Source: Malacoraja senta (taxonomy: Eukaryota). Taken from it: a DNA stretch of 64,000 nt. Of this stretch, positions 49,631-61,990 are shown in pieces. The stretch spans positions 2,296,001 through 2,360,000 of the forward strand of contig CM075992.1 in the NCBI GenBank assembly GCA_038087875.1, in the 5' to 3' direction. Position numbers and translations under genes: made by a program. The notes under the pieces are model-generated. The model had not been told where the DNA came from and searched no databases. It saw only the letters and a program-made list of their open reading frames with translations. The stretch's first letter is position 1, and every line of letters starts with the position of its first letter.

Positions 49631-49768
49631 AAGGGACTGAGACTCAAATTTATGATAGAATGATACAGCATGGAAACAGGCCCTTCGGCCCATCATTGAT
49701 CCTGGATCAATGTAGTGAATTTTGTTTGCACACATGATCTGCTTCCAGCGCTGTCTGACAATAGGATA

Positions 49769-50006
49769 GATGCTGTATATATGACATCCAGTGTAACGAG
49801 TCCTCTACAATGTCCCATCAGGCACTCCTTGGACAGTGGTTGGGTTTTTACCAACTATAGCTCCCTCTGCTGCATTCTGACAAAAGAGGCTTAATTCTAG
49901 TCTCAGTCTGGTGGATCTTTCTCAGAGCTTTCATGATGAACAAGCTGGTGATCAACCAGCTGGTTATTCCTTGACCGAACACTGACCAATTTACTTAAAT
50001 CCCAAC
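49769..50006 (-). repeat. ~240-bp diverged repeat, copy 2
   Basis: Colinear with 48418-48665. Confidence 0.7.
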
Positions 50007-50780
50007 ATAAGGGCCCACAAGGTTTTCCTGGAGTTCCCTTCCACTTACTCATTCATTCACCTGATGGAACTTGTTCTCACATTGAACGAGTAGAAACAAG
50101 TGTAGACACAGAATGCAGTAGTAACTCAGCGGGACAGGCAGCAGCATCTCTGGAGAGAAGGAATGGGTGGCGTTTCGGGTCGAGACCCTTCTTCAGACTG
50201 AGAGTCAGGGGAGAGGGAGACAGAGAGAGAGGTATGGAAGGATAATGAATGAATATGAATATGAATATAACTTTAATTGTCATTCAGGTATACACATAGA
50301 CACAGTGCACATTGAACGAAATTTTGTTGCATTGACTCTTCAAAGTAGCAGCAGAATATAACATTTATATCAGGCGATCAGTAAAAGTGCTTAGTGTGTC
50401 CATAAAAAGTGCTTCATGTGCATAGTTAAAAAAGGAAAGTTTTTAAAAGTGGCAATGTATAAGAAAGTTCTAGCATCGGTTTGATTGTGAGTTCAATAGT
50501 CTTATGGCCTGGGGGATGAAGCTGTTGCAGAACCTGGTTGTCCCGCTCTAAGGTGTGAAAACACAGAACTGCTGATGCTAGTTTACAATAAAAGGGTCAT
50601 AGTGCTGGAGTAACTCAACCCAAAACGTCATCTATCCATGTTTTCTCCAGAGATGCGGTTTGACCCACCGAGCACTTTGTGTCTCACAAGGAAGTACGTC
50701 TCTTTCAACTCCACTCACAGTCAAGATCTTCAACCTGAGATTCCTGTCCAATGTTTTCAGTTTGTATCTCAATCTCAATT

Positions 50781-51107
50781 AGGCATGGTGGCACAGCGGT
50801 AGAGTTGCTGCCTTACAACACTCACAGCGCCAGAGTCCCGGGTTTGATCCCAACTTCGGGTGCTGTCTGTACGGAGTTTGCACGTTCTCCCTGTGACTGC
50901 GTGGGTTTTCCCCGAGATCTCCGGTTTCCTCCCACACTCCAAAGACGTACAGGTTTGTAGGTTAATTGGCTTGGTATAAATGTAAATTGTCCCTAGTGTT
51001 TGTAGGATAGTGTTAATGTGCGGGGATCGCTGGTCGGCGCGGACCCGGTGGGCCGAAGGGCCTGTTTCCGCGCTGTAGCTCTTAAACTAAACTAAACCAA
51101 ACTAAAC
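50781..51107 (+). mobile_element. Full-length V-SINE
   Basis: Consensus-like head, V-domain and tail. Confidence 0.9.
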
Positions 51108-51608
51108 TCGATTTCTTGCTTTCTCCCTGCATCCATATGTCCATTCTACAGCACAATTATCTTACGTCCCGTAGCTACAGAAAGTGACGGTTTCCCATGA
51201 CTTGCTGCCTGCCAATGCTTTGCTAGGCGTTCCATCTACTCATTAGTATCTGCTGGACAGCATTCAAATAGTTGGTGGAAAACGAGAAGCAGATGCAGGC
51301 CATTGAACCTGTGAAGCAAAGTCTGCCACTTAAAAAAATTACAAGCGACCTGATTGTGATCTCAACTCTACATTCCAGACTACTCAAAGTAACCTTTCAT
51401 CCTCTTGTTTATCAAGAACATGTCTACCTCTGCCTTCAAAACATTCAAGGAATCTGTTTTCGGGAAGAGTGTTCCAAACACACCTGACTCTATTAGAGAA
51501 AACATTTTGCCTCACCTCTACCTTACTTTTAAACAATGGCCCCCCTAGCCCCCAGGCATCTTCTCCATATCCGGTCAAGACCGACAGGATTTTATATCTG
51601 GAGGAGAC

Positions 51609-52015
51609 AACTGCAGACGCTGGTTTACACCAAAGATCGACACAAAGTGCTGGAGTAACTCAGCGGGACAGGCAACTTCTCTGGAGAGAAGGAATGGGTG
51701 TCGAGACCCTTCTTCAGATTGAGAGTCAGGGGAGAGGGAGACACGGATATATGGAGGGGGGAGGTGTGAAAACGAGACATCAGAGGGGACAAAGTTCAAG
51801 GGAAATGTAGAATAGATCATTGTTACCTAGTGACAACGTAGGCAAACAAAGATAAACTGTAGGTACACAAAAATGCTGGAGAAACTCAGCGGGTGCAGCA
51901 GCATCTATGGAGCGAAGGAAATAGGTAACGTTTCGGGCCGAAACCCTTCTTCAGATAAACTGTAATCAGGAGGACAGTCCGACTGGCCAGAGAACTAGGA
52001 TGGGGGAGGGATGGA
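51609..52015 (-). mobile_element. Penelope pLTR fragment with a second mini-element nested inside (~51862-51952)
   Basis: 12-bp duplication agataaactgta around the nested copy. Confidence 0.8.
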
Positions 52016-52593
52016 AATGTTATATCTTTCAAGCCTATCATGCCCTCTTTCAGCAACGTCACCGACTCATGTATTAGATTGAACCGCTTCCAATGAAGTA
52101 GGAGACCGATACTTTGCACGGTTCTCCAGATGTGGTCTCATCAATGCCCTCTATACCTGAAGTGCTACCTCCCTACCTCTGCATTAAATCCCCCCACCAC
52201 TTAAACAATAACATTCTGTTAACAGCCACGGAAAGCTGTGGAGGCCACGTCAATGGATCATTTTTAAGGCAGAGATAGGGAGATTCGGGTGTCAGGGGTT
52301 ATGGGGAGAAGGTAAGAGAATGGGGTTAGGAGGGAGAGATAGATCAGCCATGATTGAATGGGGGAGTAGACCTGATGAAAGGGCTTAATTCTGCTTCTAT
52401 CACTTATGAACTTATGACCTAATTATTTGCATTATATACACTCTAGCCTCCTGTGAATTGTTCACTAGGGTCACACATATCCCTCAGAATCTCAAACTGC
52501 TACAATCTCTAATTTACATTACTTTTCTTGATAAAATGGGCAGTTTCACATATGTTCACATTATATTCCACTTGCCAGATTTTTTGCCCAGGC

Positions 52594-53548
52594 ATCTCAC
52601 CTCATATTTCGCTTGGGCAGTTTGCACCTCAGCGGTATGAACATTGACCAGTCATTGAAAGTAGGCATGCAGGTGCAGCAGGCAGTGAAGAAAGCGAATG
52701 GTATGTTAGCATTCATAGCAAAAGGATTTGAGTATAACAGCAGGGAAGTTCTACTGCAGTTGTACAGGGTCTTGGTGAGGCCGCACCTGGAGTATTGCGT
52801 ACAGTTTTGGTCACCGAATCTGAGGAAGGACATTCTTGCCATAGAGGGAGTACAGAGAAGGTTCACCAGACTGATTCCTGAGATGGCAGGACTTTCATAT
52901 GAAGAAAGACTGGATAGACTCGGCTTGTACTCGCTAGAATTTAGAAGATTGAGGGGGGATCTTATGGAAACTTACAAGATTCTTAAGGGGTTGGACAGGC
53001 TAGATGCAGGAAGATTGTTCCCGATGTTGGGGAAGTCCAGAACAAGGGGTCACAGTTTAAGGATAAGGGGGAAGTCTTTTAGGACCGAGATGAGAAAATC
53101 ATTTTTCACACAGAGAGTGGTGAATCTGTGGAATTCTCTGCCACAGAGGGTAGTTGAGGCCAGTTCATTGGCTATATTTAAGAGGGAGTTAGATGTGGCC
53201 CTTGTGGCTAAAGGGATCAGGAGGTATGGAGAGAAGGCAGGTACAGGATACTGAGTTGGATGATCAGCCATGATCATATTGAATGGCGGTGCAGGCTCGA
53301 AGGGCCGAATGGCCTACTCCTGCACCTAATTTCTATGTTTCTATGTTTCTATGACTTCTCTAATTTCAGGTGGTCCTTATTTTCTGGCTCCACTTCTTTT
53401 CTTCTCCCCTCCCCCCCCCCCCCCCCCTCCCCTCCCCCACCGTCACATCAGTCTGAAGAAGGGTTTCGGCCTATTTCCTTCGCTCCATAGATGCTGCTGC
53501 ACCCGCTCAGTTTCTCCAGCATTTTTGTCTCCCTTCGATTTTCCAGCA
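52594..53548 (+). mobile_element. Penelope 3' fragment split by a CR1 insertion
   Basis: gaacattgac|ttctctaatttcagg is split; TSD tgac. Confidence 0.85.
52649..53351 (+). mobile_element. 5'-truncated CR1 LINE (open RT C-terminal ORF)
   Basis: ORF 52613-53254 LYRVLVRPHLEYCVQFWSP; (ctatgttt)n tail. Confidence 0.95.
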
Positions 53549-53848
53549 TCTGCAGTTCCTTCTTAAACATCTCACCTATCTATATCCCTTTGTAGCCTCC
53601 TTGTATCCTTTCCACTACTTACTTTTTGACCTATCTTCGTGTCTTCCATGAGGGACGGGCTCTTTGCTGAGTTGCGCAGGAAGGGACTGCAGTTGGGGGT
53701 ACATACCAAAGATAGACACGAGGCGGAGGAGCAACTCAGCGAGTCAGGCACATCTTGGAACCCTTCCTCAGACCCCAAATATAACCTGTTCCTTTTCTCG
53801 AGAGATGCTGCCTGCCCCACTGAGTTACACTAGCACATTGTCTCCTAA

Positions 53849-54375
53849 TTAGTTTAGTTTAGAGATACAGCATGAAAACAGGCCCTTCGGCCCACCGAGT
53901 CCGTGCCGACCGCTTGTACACTCTGGAGTTTAGAAGGATGAGAGGGAATCTCATTGAAACATATAAGATTGTTAAGGGCTTGGACACACTAGAGGCAGGA
54001 AACATGTTCCCGATGTTGGGGGAATCCAGAACCAGGGGCCACACAGTTTAAGAATAAGGAGTAAGCCATTTAGAACGGAGACGAGGAAACACTTTTTCTC
54101 ACAGAGAGTGGTGAGTCTGTGGTATTCTCTGCCGCAGAGGGCGGTGGAGACCAGTTCTCTGGATGCTTTCAAGAGAGAGCTAGAGAGGGCTCTTAAAAAT
54201 AGCGGAGTCAGGGGATATGGGGAGAAGGCAGGAACGGGGTACTGATTGGGGATGATCAGCCATGATCACATTGAATGGCTCGAAGGGCCAAATGGCCTAC
54301 TCCTGCACCTATTGTCTATTGACCGGCGATCCCCACACATTAACATTATCCTACACAAACTAGGGACATTTTACG
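53849..54375 (-). mobile_element. V-SINE tail split by a CR1 3' fragment (~53913-54320, plus strand)
   Basis: TSD gaccg. Confidence 0.85.
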
Positions 54376-54734
54376 TTGGTATACCCCAACTCCCTTCACC
54401 CTCTTCTAGTCGTACCTGTGCCTATACCAGCGCACACATTTAGAATTATAACTCCGTTCGATAATCCCCTAACATTACGCCAAATGTGCAAATATAAACT
54501 TACAAGGGCCTCATCAAACGATTATATGATGCAGCACCCTTAGAGTGAGTTCAGGAAGTCACACTTGACTGATAGTGATCATTTTGAGTTGAGTTATTTC
54601 CTCCACAACGACACTAATGATGGCTTCCTGTCCAATGAATGAGGTAAATACACTTTCAAATAAGTAGATAACGCGTTACCACACAGGGTACTTTTGGACC
54701 TCAAACTGAATTGACTACTTTTCTTTTTGATTGA

Positions 54735-55345
54735 TTGAAAGATATGGCATGGAAACAGGCCCTTCGGCCCACCGAGTCCATGCTGTTCATCGTTCACCCA
54801 TTCACACTAGTTCTACGTTATCCCACATTCGCATTCGGTCCCTACACACTAGGGGCAAGTTGTGGAGGCCGAAAGGGGCGGCACGGTGGCGCAGCGGTAG
54901 AGTTGCTGCCTCACAGCGCCAGAGACCCGGGTTCAATCCTGACTACGGGTGCTGTCTATACGGAGTTTGCATGTTCTTCCTGTGACTGCTAGGGTTTTCT
55001 CCAGGTGCTCCAGCTTCCTCTCACATTCTAAAGGCGTGCAGGTTTGTAGGTTAATTGGCTTCTGTAAATTGTCCCTAGGGTGTAGGATAGAAGTGGTGTA
55101 CGGGTGTTTGTTGGTCGGCACGGACTCGGTGGGCCGAAGGGCCTGTTTCCACGCTGTATCTCTAAAACAAAACTACACTACATTTACAAACCCGCACGTG
55201 TTTGGGATGCGGGAGGTGGTCGGTGCTCCCGGAGGAAACTCATGGAGATCGTGCAAACTCCACACAGACAGCACCCGAGGTCAGGATCGAACCTGGGTCT
55301 ATGATGCTGTGAGGCAGAGGCTCTACCTGCTGCATCACTGTGCTT
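54735..55345. mobile_element. Plus-strand V-SINE (54876-55175) inserted in a minus-strand V-SINE
   Basis: Minus tail 54735-54860 and minus head 55180-55345 flank a complete plus copy. Confidence 0.8.
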
Positions 55346-55823
55346 CCTGTTGTTTGGTGGAAATCAGTCTTGAATCTGTCATCAGTTCTTGTCTCCACCT
55401 CTTGCAAGAGGAACCAAATTCAACTGCTTCCCATGTCACTCCAGGGAATTACTTATCAAGCTTTCATGTAATACTTGGAAGAGCCAAGCCCCAAGATCAA
55501 CTTTTCATACCCAGCGGTTAATTAGGTGTTTGAAGATTCTATCCTATAATTTTCCTTTGTGCTGTTTTTGTTTTGTTCGAAATTAATTTTATTAAGAGAG
55601 ACAAGAAAAGTCAAATTGAAATATTCGGTGTTGAGGAATCATTCCGTGCCACTGGATGTGGAGTGCCTCAAGTTAGACGCAGGATACCATGTACTCTCTC
55701 TCTCTCTCTCTCCAGGGTCACTCGGGCACTGCTACAGTCAGTGGTTCAGCAGCTAAATTTAGTTCGCCGAGCAAAAGATTAGATCTGACAAGTAGCTCTT
55801 CTGGGAAGTCAGACTCTGTGAGC

Positions 55824-55827
55824 AGAG

Positions 55828-55863
<36 letters not shown>
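55824..55863. repeat. (GA)n microsatellite
   Basis: Direct observation. Confidence 0.95.
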
Positions 55864-55868
<5 letters not shown>

Positions 55869-56020
55869 AGGTGGGCAGAAGATGAGTTTAAGAACGTGCC
55901 TCGGCCGCTGTTTGTGAGGAGTGGCCCCGTGGGTTTCCTCTCCTGTTGCAGAAATGTGCGGGTACTCGCCACTGTAACCAGGCAACTGAATCATCCTGCC
56001 ACAACCTGAGAGGAGGACTC

Positions 56021-56663
56021 TCTCTAACTTCTACAGGTGCACAGTAGAGAGCATGCTGAGAGTAGAGGGTTGCATCGTGGCTTGGTTCGGCAACTTGGGC
56101 GCCCAGGAGAGGAAAAGACTGCAAAGAGTAGTAAACACTGCCCAGGCTCTGACCTCCCTTCCATCGAGGGGATCTATCGCAGTCGCTGCCTCAAAAAGGC
56201 TGGCAGTATCATCAAGGACCCACACCATCCTGGCCACACACTCATCTCCCTACTACCTTCAGGTAGAAGGTACAGGAGCCTGATACTGCAACGACCAGGT
56301 TCAGGAATAGCTACTTCCCCACAGCCATCAGGCTATTAAACTCAACTTAAACAAACTCTGAACATTAATAGCCCATTATCAGTTTATTTGCACTTTATCA
56401 GTTTATTTATTCATGTGTGTATATAGCTATATAATGGTATATGGACACACTGATCTGTTTTGTAGTCAAAGGTACACAAAAGTGCTGGAGAAACTCAGCG
56501 GGTGCAGCAGCATCTATGGAGCGAAGGAAATAGGCAACGTTTCGGGCCGAAACCCTTCTTCAGACTTTGTAGTCAATGCCTACTATGTTCTGTTGTGCTG
56601 AAGCAAAGCAAGAATTTCATTGTCCTATCAGGGGCACCTGACACTAAACTCTCTTGAATCTTG
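56021..56663 (+). mobile_element. Rex1/Babar-like LINE 3' end with nested Penelope mini-element (56470-56565, minus strand)
   Basis: GCIVAWFGN..RKRLQRVVNTAQ and IIKDPHHPGHTLISLLPSGRRYRS; nested copy has 11-bp TSD tttgtagtcaa. Confidence 0.85.
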
Positions 56664-56852
56664 AGAGCAGTGCTGAACTACTATCCACCTCCTTGATGTC
56701 CCTCGGACTATCCCTGACTGTACTTTGCTGGCTCCATCTTGCACTAAACGTCATTCCTTTATCGTGTATCTGTACACTGTGAATGGATTGATTGTAATCA
56801 TGTGTTGTCTTTTTGCTGACTGGTTAGCACGCGACAAAAAGCTTTTCACTGT

Positions 56853-57321
56853 CGTGGTGGCTATCCCTCGAGGTCGAGGATGATGGTCTACGAGGTTCTG
56901 TTGTTTCTATGGACTCTCAGGTGGCTTATGCGTCCAATCCTGGCTTTGCAGCTCACAGAACCATGACGCCTGTGCGTGTGGTAGTTTCACGTGTGCTTGA
57001 TGTTGCTCTCCAAGAAGCACACGGTCCTTCACAAATCAATCAACTCATTGTAACAGCAAGGGAACCAAGACGATTGGAGATGATAGGTCTGTTGCAGCCT
57101 TCATCCGCCTTCACAGCCGTTGGGTTCAAGATAACTTTGTCCGCCTGGTCCGCCGTTGTGGTCTTGTGGGTTGGATCGTTCTTAGTCTGGACCCTCATCC
57201 TCCACGTTACTGCCATGGGTGGCCCCACCAGATGCTGGTGCTTCCGACGGCATCGCTCTCTGTATCATGGGGTCACGCAAGCCTCTTCACCACAACAAGG
57301 TCATCGATACGAAGAGGAGCG
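56853..57321 (-). mobile_element. Bipartite (internally deleted) RTE-clade non-autonomous element
   Basis: 3' part encodes SCKARIGRISHLRVH (RTE-like C-terminus); 5' part resembles RTE/BovB 5' UTR; inserted in another repeat with ctgt duplicated. Confidence 0.65.
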
Positions 57322-58208
57322 CTGTACCTCGGTACACGTGACAAATTAACTAAACGGAACTGTCAATGACCCCCGAGTGTAGGTACGTGACCAGAGAATC
57401 AGAGAGGAGATGACGGGCCGGTCAGAGAGAGAAGGGACAGGTGCAAGGACACGGAGGGGGGGCGAACGGGGCAAATGGGATCGCTCTCTGGGGGGCCAGC
57501 ATGGACTCGATGGGCCAAATGGCCTCGTTCTGCGCTGTTATAAGTAAAAGGTAAGATATTGGAACCCAGACAATGCGAGGCATTCCACGGAGCAGCGATC
57601 AGTGTAAATGCTGCTTAATCCATTGTGTAGAAACGACAGTGTTCTGAGACGTGACATTCTTCAGTTGACTAGGCGTAGTCTGAGCCCAGAGTGTTCACTG
57701 ATATGCACTTCCATTGAAACTGCTCCTATCTGACATGTTAACGTCCATTATGCCCACCGCTCGGTGATTCTGGTTCTCCAGAAGTGTGGACATTACCCAA
57801 CTACCAACATGTTGAATCTTGAAGCAACTAGAAAATCTGCTGGGTTGTTTTGCGCTGGTCAACAGCAGCTGACAAGAGAGGATTGTTCTTTATTAGTAAA
57901 CCCTCTGCATTTATACCTGAAGCATATCGTGTTTGTAGCCTTGTCTAGCATAGTCATAGAGCCCTTCAACCTAGCTTGCCCATGCCATCCCTCATCCAAG
58001 CAAGTCCCATTGCCTGCTTTTGGCCCATATTCCTCTAAACCTTTCCTATCATGTACGTGACATGTATCTGGGACACATGACAATAGACTCTCTTGACTTG
58101 ACTTGAAGTGTCCAAGTGTCTTTTAAATGTTGTTATAATTCCTGCCTCAACTACCTCCTCTGGCAGCTCGTTCCATATACGCACCACCCTCTGAATGAAA
58201 ATAGTTGC

Positions 58209-59318
58209 CTTACTCCAGCACTTTGTTACTCCAGCACTTTGTTACTCCAGCACTTTGTTACTCAAGCACTTTGTTACTCCAACACTGTTACTCCAGCACT
58301 TTGTTACTCCAGCACTTTGTTACTCCAACATGTTGTTACTCCAACACTGTTACTCCAGCACTTTGTTACTCCAGCACTTTGTTACTCCAACACTGTTACT
58401 CCAGCACTTTGTTACTCCAGCACTTTGTTACTCCAACATGTTGTTACTCCAACACTGTTACTCCAGCACTTTGTTACTCCAGCACTTTGTTACTCCAACA
58501 CTGTTACTCCAGCACTTTGTTACTCCAGCACTTTGTTACTCCAACATGTTGTTACTCCAACACTGTTACTCCAGCACTTTGTTACTCCAGCACTTTGTTA
58601 CTCCAGCACGTTGTTACTCCAACACTGTTACTCCAGCACTTTGTTACTCCAACACTGTTACTCCAACACTGTTACTCCAGCACTTTGTTACTCCAGCACT
58701 TTGTTACTCCAGCACTTTGTTACTCCAACACTGTTACTCCAGCACTTTGTTACTCCAACACTTTGTTACTCCAACACTGTTACTCCAGCACTTTGTTACT
58801 CCAACACTGTTACTCCAACACTGTTACTCCAGCACTTTGTTACTCCAGCACTTTGTTACTCCAGCACTTTGTTACTCCAACACTGTTACTCCAGCACTTT
58901 GTTACTCCAACACTTTGTTACTCCAACACTGTTACTCCAGCACTTTGTTACTCCAACACTGTTACTCCAGCACTTTGTTACTCCAGCACTTTGTTACTCC
59001 AGCACTTTGTTACTCCAGCACTTTGTTACTCCAGCACTTTGTTACTCCAGCACTTTGTTACTCCAGCACTTTGTTACTCCAGCACTTTGTTACTCCAGCA
59101 CTTTGTTACTCCAGCACTTTGTTACTCCAGCACTTTGTTACTCCAGCACTTTGTTACTCCAACACTGTTACTCCAGCACTTTGTTACTCCAACACTGTTA
59201 CTCCAACACTGTTACTCCAGCACTTTGTTACTCCAGCACTTTGTTACTCCAACATGTTGTTACTCCAACACTGTTACTCCAGCACTTTGTTACTCCAGCA
59301 CTTTGTTACTCCAGCACT
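58209..59318. repeat. 1.1-kb minisatellite of 14/16-bp units (gttactccagcacttt and variants)
   Basis: Direct observation. Confidence 0.97.
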
Positions 59319-59687
59319 ATGAGGTTTTTTTAAGGTTTCTCATGCCGTGTTATTAATTCGGCGTGACACTCTGATAATGCCACAAAATGAGGACATCCAT
59401 GGGCCTTCTTTGCTCAACCTGTCTGCTGCTACAGGAAGTATCAGTTTCCTTGTAACAGTGCAAGTTTCTTCTACCTTTGCAACTATCAGCAGGTGGATCT
59501 CAGCATCAGCAATAAACTCAAAACTGTGAGTGAAAATTGACCACCAAAAAACTGCAGATGCTGGTAATCTGAAATAAAAACAGAAAACTCAACAAGACAG
59601 AGTCAAGTATCTCTGGGTCAAAACTCAAGTAGGTGAAACATGATGGTCCTTGCAGAAATCAGTCTTGTCTTTGTTCACCCAACTATT

Positions 59688-60005
59688 GGGCGGCATGGTG
59701 GCGTAGTGGTCGAGTTGCTGCCTTACAACGCTTACAGCACCAGAGACCCGGGTTCCATCCTGACCACGGGTGCTGTCTGTACGGAGTTTGTACGTTCTCC
59801 CCGTGACCTGCGTGGGCTTTCCCTGGGTGCTCCAGTTTCCTCCCACACTCCAAAGACGTACAGGATTGAAGGTTAATTGGCTTGCTATAAATGTAAATTG
59901 TCCCTAGTGTGTGTAGGGTAGTATTAGTGTGCGGGGATCGCTGGTCGGCGCGGACTCGGTGGGCCGAAGGGCCTGTTTCCGCGCTGTATCTCTAAACTAA
60001 ACTGA
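59688..60005 (+). mobile_element. Full-length V-SINE
   Basis: Consensus-like. Confidence 0.9.
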
Positions 60006-60131
60006 ACTATTATTTTCCATGAGTTCCCAGCATCTCCCTAGCACTGAGGACATGCTCGCAGTTTGGTGATTCCCTCTTTCCCCTCTCCTCCCTTCCTTAC
60101 ATAGTAGGCTCTCACTTGCTGCTCTCCAAAA

Positions 60132-60435
60132 GGGCAGCACAGTGGCGCAGCGGTAGAGTTGCTGCCTCACAGCGCCAGGGACCCGGGTTCCATCCTGACT
60201 ATGGGCGCTGGCTGTACGGAGTTTGTACATTCTCCCCGTGACCTGCGTGGGCTTTCTTCGGGATCTCCAGTTTCCTCCCACACTCCAAAGACATAGAGGT
60301 TTGTAGCTTAATTGGATTTGGTAAAATTGTAAATTGTCCCCAGTGTGTGTAGGATAGTGTTAGTGTGCGGGGATCGCTGGTCGGTGCGGACACAGGAGGG
60401 CCTATTTCCATGCTGTATCTCTAAACTAAACTAAA
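60132..60435 (+). mobile_element. V-SINE
   Basis: Consensus-like. Confidence 0.9.
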
Positions 60436-60774
60436 AGGCCTATCTCCTTTGCTCCATAGAAAGCCTATTTCCTTCGCTCCATAGATGCTGCTGCACCCGC
60501 TGAGTTTCTCCAGCATTTTTGTCTACCTTCGATTTTCCAGCACCCTTCTTAAACAAATAAATAATAATAACACTGATTTCAATAATAATAAAACAACTCC
60601 CTACACACATTAGACTCATCAATCTGTATTTACCAGTCCTATCTCTGCTGCCTGTCTTGAATGAAGGTACCACATTTGTTGTTCTCCAGTCACCTGGGTC
60701 CTCTTCTGTGGCCAGAAAAGACTTGAATATTTCTGTCAATCTCCTCTCCGTCTCTGACTGCAGTCTGGGATAAA

Positions 60775-61077
60775 CTTACAGTCCAGTGGTATGAATATCG
60801 ATTTCTCTAACTTCAAGTAACCCCGGCAATCCCTCTTTCTCCATCCCTCCCCCACCAGCTTCTAGTTTTCACTCAACAAACAGCTAACAATGGCCATCGT
60901 TACTTTTTTGCATATCTTTCATTCATTGTTCTTTATCTCTCTACATCATCGTCTATATCTCTAGTTTCCCTTTCCCCTAACTAGTTAGAAGAAGGGCCAG
61001 GACCCGAAACGGCACCTATTCCTTCTCTCCAGAGATGCTGCCCGTCCCGCTGAGTCACTCCAGCATTTTGTGTCTGT
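60775..61077 (+). mobile_element. Penelope 3' fragment with degenerate hammerhead
   Basis: cagtggtatgaatatcgatttctctaacttcaagtaa plus pLTR motif. Confidence 0.8.
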
Positions 61078-61468
61078 GTGGGATAAACTTCATTGGTCTT
61101 TGGGCATCCATCCATCTTTAAGCTTGCTCACTCATCCAATACCGTCTCGCTTTCAATGGAAACTTCTTGTACATTTCCACTGTCCCCCTCCCTAGGTTTT
61201 TTGCAAGGACTTCAGTCAACAGAGCTGATTGTGTGTTCCCATTTAGACAATGGCTGCAGAGAGCCGTGCCAATTTAGATCAACATCTTGCAGGGTTTGGT
61301 GAGTTGTTCAAATCTGGCAGCTTGCTAGCCATGTTCCTTTCCCCACGTGGCCATTATATTATTGTGTCCCTTTCCAGTGGATGCTGACCAATGTGTTTAG
61401 TTTACATCAGCTCAGTTCAGTTTAGTTTAGCAGATGCTTCAGGTTTGGTCCCTTCTGCCCCACAATTA

Positions 61469-61560
61469 GTCTGAAGAAGGGACCCGTCCCGAAACGTCAC
61501 CCATCCAAGTTCTCTGAAGATGCTGCCTGACCCGCTGAGTTACTCCAAAACTGTGTGTAT
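61469..61560 (+). ncRNA. Penelope mini-element hammerhead core with variant stem II
   Basis: ctgaaga-a-ggga-cccg-tccc-gaaacgtc at 61471-61498. Confidence 0.7.
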
Positions 61561-61699
61561 TTTTTCTTAATCATAACACAGATTAATACAATAGATAGTG
61601 CAGAAAGAAAAACAGGACACAATATCTCCCTATCCTTGTGACAGCTGTAGAGAAAGAGCAGATGTAAAAAGCTGCAAGGGCCACATTTAGATAAGTATA

Positions 61700-61990
61700 G
61701 TTTACTTTAGAGATACAGCGCAGAAACAGGGCCTTTGGACCGCTGAGTCCGCGCCGGCCAGCGATCCCCCCATACACCACTTCTATCCTACACACTAGGG
61801 ACAATTTTACAGAAGCCAATTAACCTACAAACCTGCACGACTTCGGAGGGTGGGAGGAAACCCTTGCAGTTACAGGGAGAACGTGCAAACTCCACACAAC
61901 CAGCAGCCGAGGTCAGGATCGAACCCGGGTCTCCGGTGCTGTGAGGCAGCAGCTTGATCGCCGCGCCACTCTGATACACTGTGCCGCCCT
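61700..61990 (-). mobile_element. V-SINE
   Basis: Reverse-complement consensus. Confidence 0.85.

Noticed and set aside
58116..59356. Three overlapping 375-405 aa ORFs and a CRISPR-like appearance
   Set aside because: Artefact of a stop-free 14/16-bp tandem repeat; no unique spacers, no cas genes, and vertebrate context
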